Source of the DNA: a virus
Taxonomy: Duplodnaviria; Caudoviricetes
Direction: 5' to 3' (one strand)
DNA: 39,498 nt
IMG/VR virus record: IMGVR_UViG_3300037790_000089
Coordinates: 1 to 39,498 of that record
The translations under genes and the position numbers were made by a program. The notes below the pieces were generated by a model that saw only the letters and a list, made by a program, of their open reading frames with translations, was not told the DNA's origin and did not search any database. Each line of letters opens with the position of its first letter. The first letter of the stretch is position 1. Below are positions 10,201 through 17,663 of the stretch, one piece after another.

Positions 10201-10908
10201 TTATCCAAATCGACGCTGGGTGATCACCTCGAACGCACGGGCGAAGCGGGAGACGCCTTCGCGCCCGATCGCATCAGCGACGCTGTCGGGGTCGATGCGT
10301 TTGGGGATCCGCACTTGCGGGACCAGAACGAACATGACGACGCCGTTCTCAAAATCGCCGCGCTTTCGGGCGGCGTCAGACGCGGTGCGATAGCGCGGGT
10401 TCTGGCCCCCGCCCATGCGGACCCGGTCGGCAACCAACAGGGCGAGCTTGCGCCCCGGGATCGCCACATAGCGCAGCTTGCCGAACCGCCGCTCGGCCTC
10501 GGTGATGGCGTGTTTCCGCGCCCGGCGCAGTCGCCCGCTGGTTCCGAAGGAGCGCCCGGCTTGTGGCGCATTCTCGGTCGGGATCGCCAGCCAGAAGCCG
10601 GACTCGGACCGCAGCGTCACCCCTTCGGAGAAGGCGCGGATGATGTGAGGCGCATTGCTCCACCAGCTGATGGTGGGGCTCAGGGACGCACCCCGGCGCG
10701 GGAAGACCCGCGAGCGCCACGCCTTGGAGACCTTGTCGCCCAGGGCGGGCTCGGTGTCCGCGCGCAGCTGGGTCTTGCCCCAGTCCGCAACCGCGTCCGC
10801 CGCCGCCATCGCCGCCTCGGCCAGCTCCTCGACCGTGGCGTCGATATCGGCGGCCAGCGCCTCGATAACGGAAACGTCTAAGGAGAACTCGTCACCGTCG
10901 AGACGCAC
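10201..10908 (-). CDS. DUF6441-like neck/tail completion protein
   Basis: GVTLRSESGFWLAIPTENAP and FVLVPQVRIPKR motifs; GTG start with GAGGAGG RBS. Confidence 0.7.
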   Translation of the reverse strand: MRLDGDEFSLDVSVIEALAADIDATVEELAEAAMAAADAVADWGKTQLRADTEPALGDKVSKAWRSRVFPRRGASLSPTISWWSNAPHIIRAFSEGVTLRSESGFWLAIPTENAPQAGRSFGTSGRLRRARKHAITEAERRFGKLRYVAIPGRKLALLVADRVRMGGGQNPRYRTASDAARKRGDFENGVVMFVLVPQVRIPKRIDPDSVADAIGREGVSRFARAFEVITQRRFG

Positions 10909-10916
10909 TCTTGCCT

Positions 10917-11092
10917 CCTCGGCCCGTCCGGGCCTTCGGTCCTCGCTTCGCTGCGGGCGCGCGGTCGCGCTTGCGGCGGACTACGCCCGCCGAGGCGTTT
11001 GATCATTAAAACCGGGGCGCGATAGCGACCCGCAAGGGCGAACGCCCGCCCGGCCTTATGGCCGGAACCTGCAGGCCCGGACGGGCCGAAGG
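10917..11092. repeat. REPIN-like repeat copy 4 (full, inverted)
   Basis: Terminal inverted repeats tcggcccgtccgggcct / aggcccggacgggccga. Confidence 0.9.
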
Positions 11093-11106
11093 AGTCAGAT
11101 AAAGAC

Positions 11107-11454
11107 CTAGCTCCCCCCGAAGTCGAAGCTGTACTGGCCGACGCTGTCGGGTCCGGTCGGGGCTTCGGACAGGGTCAGGACCGCGCCCGAGGACCGGGTG
11201 AAGGTTCCGCCCTTTACGGGCTCGACGCCCGCGGCGAGGAAGGCTTTGCGGAAGGCCGTGCCGGTGCGACGCGCCGCGCGCATGGCGCCAAAGCCGGAGC
11301 CTGCATCCAGAGGTTCCGTTGTGTCATCAAGGATCACCGGGACCGCAAGAACCACGGGTGAGCCGCCCGGCCCGGCATAGTCCATCGGCTCGCCAAAGGT
11401 CGCGCCCGAGGCCTCGCCGAAGGCGGTTTCAAAATCTGAATCGAAGGTGGTGAT
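11107..11454 (-). CDS. Head-tail joining protein (gpFII-like); start codon uncertain
   Basis: ~115 aa after the capsid gene (FGEPMDY...PVKGGTF). The best RBS (GGGGAGG) precedes ATC at 11454; upstream in-frame GTG codons lack an RBS. Confidence 0.6.
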   Translation of the reverse strand: MTTFDSDFETAFGEASGATFGEPMDYAGPGGSPVVLAVPVILDDTTEPLDAGSGFGAMRAARRTGTAFRKAFLAAGVEPVKGGTFTRSSGAVLTLSEAPTGPDSVGQYSFDFGGS

Positions 11455-11462
11455 AGGAGCCT

Positions 11463-11537
11463 CCCCGGTGGATTTATCCACCGCAAGCGCGACTGCGCGC
11501 CCGCAGCGAAGCGAGGACCGCAGGCCGGAGGCCGAGG
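11463..11537. repeat. REPIN-like repeat copy 5 (central hairpin plus one arm)
   Basis: cggtggatttatccaccg overlapping ccgcaagcgcgactgcgcgcccgcagcgaagcgaggaccgcaggccggaggccgagg. Confidence 0.88.
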
Positions 11538-11561
11538 AAGTAAATTCCACGCCCCGAGGAA

Positions 11562-11606
11562 CAGACAGAAAGTGATCAGCCCCCGGGCGAACCCGGGAGC
11601 TGATCA
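11562..11606 (-). terminator. Probable intrinsic terminator after the major capsid gene
   Basis: Minus-strand hairpin UGAUCAGCUCCCGGG-UUCG-CCCGGGGGCUGAUCA followed by a weak U-rich tail (CUUUCUGUCU). Confidence 0.6.
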
Positions 11607-11622
11607 GGCTGGGGAGGTCGGG

Positions 11623-12702
11623 TTAGCCCGGATCGGCGGAGGCGCTGACCTTGACCAGGACCTTCGGCTGTTTGCAGAGCGGCAGGAAGTTGGATTCCGA
11701 CCACAGCTCCACGCCCTTGCCGTGCTTCATCAGCTCGGCGGACATGAAGATCGGCAGGGCGAAGCGACCCGCATTATCTCCCAGATCCATGTCGATGATC
11801 GTCGGCAGATCATTGAGTTCGGACAGGGTGTCCGCCGGCGCTGCGAACGTGGCGAAGGTTTCAGAGGTGCCCACGGGGTAGGCATGGCCCTCGCCCGCAG
11901 CAATGAACCGCTCAGAGCCGGATTTGGTCGGGGCCGAGCCGCGATATTCAACATAGGTGACCGGGCCGAACGGGTTAAACATGCGCCCAGTCGCACCCGC
12001 TTCAGTATAGCGAGGCAAGTCCCGCAGCTCACGCTTGTCCTGCGCTTCATAAAGCGCCTTCACTTTCGGATGCTCGACGAACTTGCCGAAGAATTCCGGC
12101 GAGACGAGCACTTCGACTTCGGCCAGAGTTTCGCCCAGAAGGTTGTCCTCGATATAGCCCCGCAGCGCTTCATCCGCGCCGCGGATATCGGCCTCTTCAT
12201 TGTCGAGGTCGAAATAGACGACATGCTGGCTGACGCCGAAATCGGTGTAGAGGTTGGACAAAGTCGTGCCGTCACCATCCTTGATGATGCCCTTGAGCGC
12301 CTGCACCCGCAGATACTCCGCCGTGATGGCGTGCTTTCGTGCGATCGTGCGCTGCTTTTTGGCCAGCTCCATGGGCAGGTTCGCGCGGACTTCCCGGCCC
12401 TCCACCACAATCATGCGGTCCTGCAGATCGCTGGCCAGGATCTGATCCTCGACCGGGAAGTGCGGCACCTGGAAGATCTTCAGATTTTGCCGTCCGTTGT
12501 CAGACTTCTGGCCGGGCGCGCCGCGCTCCTTGGCGGCCAGAACCTGCAGGACGCCATTGTCTTCGGTGACCTGCACGAAGGTGGAGTCAATCGGCTCCAG
12601 CGGGAAGATGTTCAGTGACGAAACGAGACCATAACGCAAGGGGTGCTTGCGCACCTCCATGGTCATCGAGCGGGCGGAATACGGAAAATTGAACTTAGGC
12701 AT
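11623..12702 (-). CDS. Major capsid protein (lambda gpE family)
   Basis: ATG 12702 with GGGAG RBS; TAEYLRVQALKGII, LYTDFG, FAAPADT and ESNFLPLCKQP motifs. Confidence 0.92.
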   Translation of the reverse strand: MPKFNFPYSARSMTMEVRKHPLRYGLVSSLNIFPLEPIDSTFVQVTEDNGVLQVLAAKERGAPGQKSDNGRQNLKIFQVPHFPVEDQILASDLQDRMIVVEGREVRANLPMELAKKQRTIARKHAITAEYLRVQALKGIIKDGDGTTLSNLYTDFGVSQHVVYFDLDNEEADIRGADEALRGYIEDNLLGETLAEVEVLVSPEFFGKFVEHPKVKALYEAQDKRELRDLPRYTEAGATGRMFNPFGPVTYVEYRGSAPTKSGSERFIAAGEGHAYPVGTSETFATFAAPADTLSELNDLPTIIDMDLGDNAGRFALPIFMSAELMKHGKGVELWSESNFLPLCKQPKVLVKVSASADPG

Positions 12703-12815
12703 AGGGGGCTCCCTGACGGCGTCGCGCTGCGGCGCCGTATCCATGTGAAGACAGCGCCGCAGTGGCGCCGTGAGGGATTGAGAAGAGATCAGGGCGGCGC
12801 GCCGCCCTGTTCAGA

Positions 12816-13502
12816 TCAGACCGCGTCCACGACCTTGATCTGACGCGCCAGAAGCGCCGCATCGATGGCGGCTTTCTGGGCAGCGCTGGCGCCATCGGGA
12901 TAGGTCAGGTGCTTGCGCAGCACGAAAGCCGGGCCGTTCACCAGCACCAGCCCGGGCGCATCCGCGCCATCGGGCACGGTCAGATCAGCCAGGGCGATGC
13001 CGGCCACAGTCTGGGCGCCATCGACCGCACTGAGATCGAGCGGGACATACTTGCCCGCGTTGGTCTCGGTCACGGTGATCGAAAAGCTGTCGCCGACCAC
13101 AAAGTCGGTCGCGCCGTCCGCGATGGCGAAGGCGATCTGGCCATTGTCATAGGGCGTGCCCGTGACCGCATCGGCCAGACGATTGCCCGACGGATCAAAC
13201 ACCGCAAAGGTGGCCGTGTTCGTGCCCGCCGAGATTGCTTCAACACTGTAGACGCCCGGCTGGGCCTTGGCGCCCAGAGCGACGCCGGAAATCGCGCCAT
13301 TTCCGGTAATGCCGTCATCCGCCGCACCAGCGATGGACAGGGCGCCGGACAGGCCGAGGATCAGCCCCAGGGCGATGGACACCGTCGCGCCGGATCCTGC
13401 CTTGAACAGGCCGGACGTGCGGGTGAAGGACTGATGGGATTCATACTTGACCACATCAGAGGGGGCTTTCGGCTCAGCCCCGGTAGACACCATGAGAGAC
13501 AT
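12816..13502 (-). CDS. Head decoration protein (gpD-like) with an inserted beta-rich domain
   Basis: GLILG and GKYVPLD..AVDGAQTVAGI motifs; lies between protease and capsid genes. Confidence 0.8.
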   Translation of the reverse strand: MSLMVSTGAEPKAPSDVVKYESHQSFTRTSGLFKAGSGATVSIALGLILGLSGALSIAGAADDGITGNGAISGVALGAKAQPGVYSVEAISAGTNTATFAVFDPSGNRLADAVTGTPYDNGQIAFAIADGATDFVVGDSFSITVTETNAGKYVPLDLSAVDGAQTVAGIALADLTVPDGADAPGLVLVNGPAFVLRKHLTYPDGASAAQKAAIDAALLARQIKVVDAV

Positions 13503-13583
13503 TGTTCCCTCTTCCTTTCGTGATGGTGGGTGCGAGGGCCTTTATGGCCGCCCCCGCGAGGGCCGAGCAGGCGAAACCGCCCG

Positions 13584-14153
13584 CTAGTTCCTGAAGGCGG
13601 ACAGGCTCTTGTGCGCCTGAGACAGCAGCGCATCCGCGCCCGACCCTTTCGGCGCACCGGAGCCTGCACCCGAGCCCGGCTTCGCACCTTTCGGCGTGTA
13701 GGCGCTGGCGGATTTGCGGAAGTTGCTCTCGCCCTTGGGCGAGGTCTTCAGCATGTCGAGGGCTTCAGCGGGGGTGAGCTTGCCACCCGCCACCTTGACG
13801 GCGAGCTTGCCCGCCAGGGCTTCGCGGCCCTTGGCCTCGGCTGAATTGAGGATCTTGTCGGCGCGGGCTTCCGCGTCGTCATCCTCGCCATCCTCGGCGT
13901 CGGCGACGTCCTCGTCTTCGCCTTCGGCGTTGGCGGCGTCTTCATCCTCGTCTTCCGCGGCTTCGGCGTCATCTTCGCCCTCGCCTTCGCCGTTGGCAGC
14001 GTCTTCATCCTCGCCATCCATGGCGTCGGCGTCGTCTTCAGTTTCGGCGTGGGCGGCGATCAGGGCGCGGATGCCATCAAGTTCGGCCTGGGCGTTGGCG
14101 TCGCCGCCCGAGGCCTTGGCCGCGAGTGCGGCCATCTTCGCTTTGAGGGACAT
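13584..14153 (-). CDS. Nested in-frame scaffold protein (Nu3-like)
   Basis: Internal GGAG RBS 6 nt before ATG 14153 (MSLKAKMAAL); helical/acidic sequence; mirrors lambda C/Nu3. Confidence 0.55.
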   Translation of the reverse strand: MSLKAKMAALAAKASGGDANAQAELDGIRALIAAHAETEDDADAMDGEDEDAANGEGEGEDDAEAAEDEDEDAANAEGEDEDVADAEDGEDDDAEARADKILNSAEAKGREALAGKLAVKVAGGKLTPAEALDMLKTSPKGESNFRKSASAYTPKGAKPGSGAGSGAPKGSGADALLSQAHKSLSAFRN

Positions 14154-15251
14154 GGGGGTCTCCATCTGACCAGCCGCGGGAACAGAGCGGCCCTGTTCGG
14201 CCTCATCGCAGGACGCCGCGCGGCTGGCCGCGGCGCTGACGGAAACGGGATTGGGCGGATTGACTGCAGCGGGCGTTCCCGCGAGCGATTGCGCGATGGC
14301 GAAGGCGTCCTGCTCGGTCATCACCGCGTCGATCAGATCGACGGCAAGCGGATCGAGTTCCGCGGGCGGCGGCGGATCGCCCGCCGTGAAGGTGCGCGCC
14401 TCCCATCCGCGAGACTCGCGGACGGCCTCGAGATCCAGCCCGCGACCGAGGGCGAGCTCGACATAGAAGCGGTCGGCCAGGTGATCGACCTCGGCCTGAT
14501 AGATCGCGGATTCTTCATCGGTGGGCGCACGCAAGGGCGAGCCCATATCCTTCAGGCGTCCGGATTTGTAGATGTGAGAGCGCTCGCCCCAGCGTTCGAG
14601 GGCGCCCTCGAAATCGAAAAAGCCGATCCGGACGCCGACGGATCCAATCATGGCGCCATCGCTGGCATACAGCCCGTCACACTGGGCGGCGAGTTTCATG
14701 CCCGCCGAGGCGCACAGCTCATCCGCATGACCGATCAGCGGCTTGCCGCCATGGGACTGGTTCAGGCTGCGCAAGGCCTGCGCCGCCTCGGCGCAGCCGG
14801 CCACATAGCCGCCGGGCGTATCAAAGCGCAGCAGGATGGCGTCCACGCGCTCATCCTCATTGGCGGCGCGCACCGCCGCCACATAGTCGCGATAGCCGGG
14901 CCAGTAGCAGCCCGAGAACCAGCCCTCGAAACCGCGCGACATCAGAACGCCCTCGATTTCGATCAGGGCGACATTGTCGATGAGGGTGAAGCCGGAGCGG
15001 GTACGCTCGCCGCCATCCGCCCATTCGGGGATCTCCGGAGCCCAGTCATCACGCTCCGCTTTCGGACGGACCGCATCTGTCAAGGCTTCGAGCATGTCCG
15101 CCGACCCCTGCGCCAGACGCGAGATCAGGCCGGGCTCGACCTCTGCGCGGCGGGCCTGCGGAGCAAAGTCGGGATGCATGAAAACAGCGTCATGGCCGGA
15201 CGCCAGCGCAAGGCGCTGCGGCCCGCTCGGCAAGCGCAGGGTGCGAGGCAT
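13584..15251 (-). CDS. S49 prohead protease (gpC-like) with a C-terminal scaffold region
   Basis: ATG 15251 with GGAG RBS; FDTPGG, CASAG and IGSVGV S49 motifs; acidic C-terminal region. Confidence 0.88.
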   Translation of the reverse strand: MPRTLRLPSGPQRLALASGHDAVFMHPDFAPQARRAEVEPGLISRLAQGSADMLEALTDAVRPKAERDDWAPEIPEWADGGERTRSGFTLIDNVALIEIEGVLMSRGFEGWFSGCYWPGYRDYVAAVRAANEDERVDAILLRFDTPGGYVAGCAEAAQALRSLNQSHGGKPLIGHADELCASAGMKLAAQCDGLYASDGAMIGSVGVRIGFFDFEGALERWGERSHIYKSGRLKDMGSPLRAPTDEESAIYQAEVDHLADRFYVELALGRGLDLEAVRESRGWEARTFTAGDPPPPAELDPLAVDLIDAVMTEQDAFAIAQSLAGTPAAVNPPNPVSVSAAASRAASCDEAEQGRSVPAAGQMETPMSLKAKMAALAAKASGGDANAQAELDGIRALIAAHAETEDDADAMDGEDEDAANGEGEGEDDAEAAEDEDEDAANAEGEDEDVADAEDGEDDDAEARADKILNSAEAKGREALAGKLAVKVAGGKLTPAEALDMLKTSPKGESNFRKSASAYTPKGAKPGSGAGSGAPKGSGADALLSQAHKSLSAFRN

Positions 15252-15416
15252 GGCAGTCTCCAGATTGTCTAGCTGAGCAATGCGCCGTGACGGCGAAGGG
15301 ATGGGGGCGCGCGCTGTGCGCCGTGTTTCAGGCCGGACCAATGACCAGCCGCCGGAGGCCTTGCGAGCCGTGCCGGACGCCCCGGGCGCAAAACTGCGCC
15401 GGTATCAGGAAATGCG

Positions 15417-15496
15417 CCTCGGGCCGCCCGAGCGGCCCGCAAGCGCGACCGCGCGCTCGCAGCGAAGCGAGGACCGCAGGGGCTGACGCCCCGAGG
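15417..15496. repeat. REPIN-like repeat copy 6 (one arm)
   Basis: ccgcaagcgcgaccgcgcgctcgcagcgaagcgaggaccgcagg at 15437-15480, flanked by GC hairpins. Confidence 0.85.
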
Positions 15497-15507
15497 ATCA
15501 GTGAAAA

Positions 15508-17217
15508 CTAGCGGCCCTGCCGCTGAGGCTCTTCCTCATCCCGGCCCGACGACGCTGCCGCCATCTCACTGATATCGCCCAGCTGGAGCCCGGCGCGTTG
15601 AATGGCGCGATTGTCGCGGGCGGAGCGGGCGACCACATCGTCGAAGTTCTGGCCGCGACGGGCGGCGATGTCGGACGGGGCGGCGGACAAGTTCTCGACC
15701 TCCATACGGTCGCCCGTCGCCTCTTTCACCGGGTCCACATATTCGCGGCCCGGACCGATATCCTGACCCGCGATATAAGCGGCGGGGGCGTCCCAGATGG
15801 AGGGCGCATTGGCCGGGACCGCCAGCTCGCCCTTGTCATAGGCCTCTTGCAGGACGGCGAGGCGAAGCGGACGCACCGCATGCAAGCGAATGACCGAGCG
15901 CTCGCGCTTGATGGCGCGGAAGGCGTCATTGATCTCGGTTCGAGCCGAGCTGAAGGTGGTGCGCGAGAAATCCCGCGTCGCCATGGAATAGCCCAGCCCC
16001 AGCGGCATGCCCGCCTGCAGCGCCAGGAAGGACATGGCGTCCACCCATTCATTGGCCGATCGGGTTTCGGAGTTCCATTCCAGCTTGTCGCCCGGATAGG
16101 GCTGGATGACGCGCGAGCCCGCCACGGTGCCGACGCCGTATTCCTCGTAATACTGGACCCGGTTGGCGAGCATGCCGTCCGCGTTTTCCGTGCCGAGGAT
16201 CTCGGCCAGCGCCTCGGGGTCTGACATGGCGCTGGTGTATTGCGCCACGACCAGAGCGTTGATGATGCGGGCGCGGCGTTCGGCCTCACCCATATCGCGG
16301 AAGGCGGCATAGGCCCCGAGCGCTGCGACAAAATCGGAAATGCCGCGCGATTGCCCAGCGCGGCGCTGTTTCATGACGTGCAGCACGCACGGGCGCGTAT
16401 CTGTTTCAAAGCCCGGCGTGCGGACCGGATACCAGTGCCCGGCAAATCGCCCCACGACACCGGCGAGGCCAATATCATGAGGGTGCGCGTCGAGGATGTG
16501 ATAGGCGATGGGACGGCCCCGCTCATCCTTGGCGATGCCCGCCCGCACATCTGCGGCCTGCGCCGTATAGGTTTCCCCCTGCCCCTCGATCGTGATCTCG
16601 CCGCCTGCGCCATCGGGCCAACCGGCGGGCTGGGCCAGACGGTCGGGGTCGATCACCTGCAGGCGCGTCCCGAAGGTTTCGGACTCCGCGTCAAACAGGA
16701 CGAGCGCCACCGCCTCGCCCTCTGCCGCGATATAGTTCCGGGCCAGCAGATCAAGCTGCAGATCCCAGGGCAGACGCTCTTCCCAGTCATTGCGGGCCAG
16801 CGGGTCAGACGCCCAGCGCCGCCACGCCTTTTCAATCGAGCGGGCGAGCGCCTCATACTCTTCGGATGCGGGATCGAGACCGAACACATCGGCATCGGGA
16901 GCGGACTGGAACTGCCAGCCTTCACCCACCAGCAAGGACAGCTTTTGCTCCACCCCCGAGGCGGCGAGCGGTTCATTGCGGATGACATCGCGGATCCGGG
17001 CGATGGCGGTGAGCCGGTCGCCCAGCCAGTCGGCATCGCTGGAGCCGTGCGACTGGAAGGAGCCGGCGAACTGGGTGTCGAACGGATCGCCCGCCGCATG
17101 GGCGCGGCGCGGCATGCGATTGACCATCAGGCTGTCGGCCTTGGGCGCCGGGCGCGCAGAGGCGTCAGCGCGGCGCTTGCGCACGCGCTGGCGGGCAATG
17201 GCGTTGGACATGATCAA
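15508..17217 (-). CDS. Portal protein (lambda gpB family)
   Basis: RDVIRNEP, LQVIDPDRL, RAGQSRGIS, DFSRTTFSSAR and VDPVKE motifs; start could be 17211. Confidence 0.92.
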   Translation of the reverse strand: MIMSNAIARQRVRKRRADASARPAPKADSLMVNRMPRRAHAAGDPFDTQFAGSFQSHGSSDADWLGDRLTAIARIRDVIRNEPLAASGVEQKLSLLVGEGWQFQSAPDADVFGLDPASEEYEALARSIEKAWRRWASDPLARNDWEERLPWDLQLDLLARNYIAAEGEAVALVLFDAESETFGTRLQVIDPDRLAQPAGWPDGAGGEITIEGQGETYTAQAADVRAGIAKDERGRPIAYHILDAHPHDIGLAGVVGRFAGHWYPVRTPGFETDTRPCVLHVMKQRRAGQSRGISDFVAALGAYAAFRDMGEAERRARIINALVVAQYTSAMSDPEALAEILGTENADGMLANRVQYYEEYGVGTVAGSRVIQPYPGDKLEWNSETRSANEWVDAMSFLALQAGMPLGLGYSMATRDFSRTTFSSARTEINDAFRAIKRERSVIRLHAVRPLRLAVLQEAYDKGELAVPANAPSIWDAPAAYIAGQDIGPGREYVDPVKEATGDRMEVENLSAAPSDIAARRGQNFDDVVARSARDNRAIQRAGLQLGDISEMAAASSGRDEEEPQRQGR

Positions 17218-17444
17218 ACCCCCACAGGACGGTTCGGACCGCGACGGCCCTGAGCGCGGGCGAGCTCGCGTTCGAGCAGGCTGATCTGATTGCGGAGTGA
17301 CTGTTCCAGATCCTTGCCGGATCCGCGGCTGATCTCACGATCGCCATGCTTGAGACGGTCGGCGCGGGACGGGTCCAGCACCTCATCCAGGCGCGCGCGG
17401 TATTTCTGGAGATCAGCCTCGATCTCTGCGACTGTTCGCGCCAT
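17214..17444 (-). CDS. Head-to-tail adaptor (gpW-like)
   Basis: 76 aa helix-hairpin-helix pattern between terminase and portal; GAGGAG RBS. Confidence 0.75.
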   Translation of the reverse strand: MARTVAEIEADLQKYRARLDEVLDPSRADRLKHGDREISRGSGKDLEQSLRNQISLLERELARAQGRRGPNRPVGV

Positions 17445-17486
17445 AGGCGATTCTCCTCGTCATAGATTCGAGAAATGGAGTTCGAC

Positions 17487-17663
17487 ATGGCCAAGTGCGC
17501 CAAGTGTTCAAACGTGATCGGTCAGCCTGTTTTCACGCGGTTTCATTCAGCCGGAGGCACGTACATGCTGTTCTCCTGCCCAAGCTGTCAGACTGTCATT
17601 TCAGTTGCACCAGATGCCGACACGCTCGTGGATGAGATCCGGCGAGAACTGCAGCGACGCTAG
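17487..17663 (+). CDS. Small Zn-ribbon protein (moron, antisense to the late operon)
   Basis: GGAG RBS before ATG 17487; CAKC...CPSC; visibly lower GC; 4-bp stop overlap with terL. Confidence 0.65.
   Translation: MAKCAKCSNVIGQPVFTRFHSAGGTYMLFSCPSCQTVISVAPDADTLVDEIRRELQRR

Noticed and set aside
13060-13350. Inserted domain in the decoration protein as a novelty
   Set aside because: Such extended gpD-like proteins are, to my recollection, common in proteobacterial prophages
8773-15496. Repeats as a CRISPR array or integron attC cassette array
   Set aside because: The intervening DNA is core structural genes, orientations are mixed, and there is no cas gene or integron integrase
15280-15511. 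Short plus-strand ORFs between portal and protease, and N-terminal extensions reading through repeats (10096, 11550)
   Set aside because: They translate repeat sequence, lack RBSs and have shadow-like Arg/Ala/Pro composition
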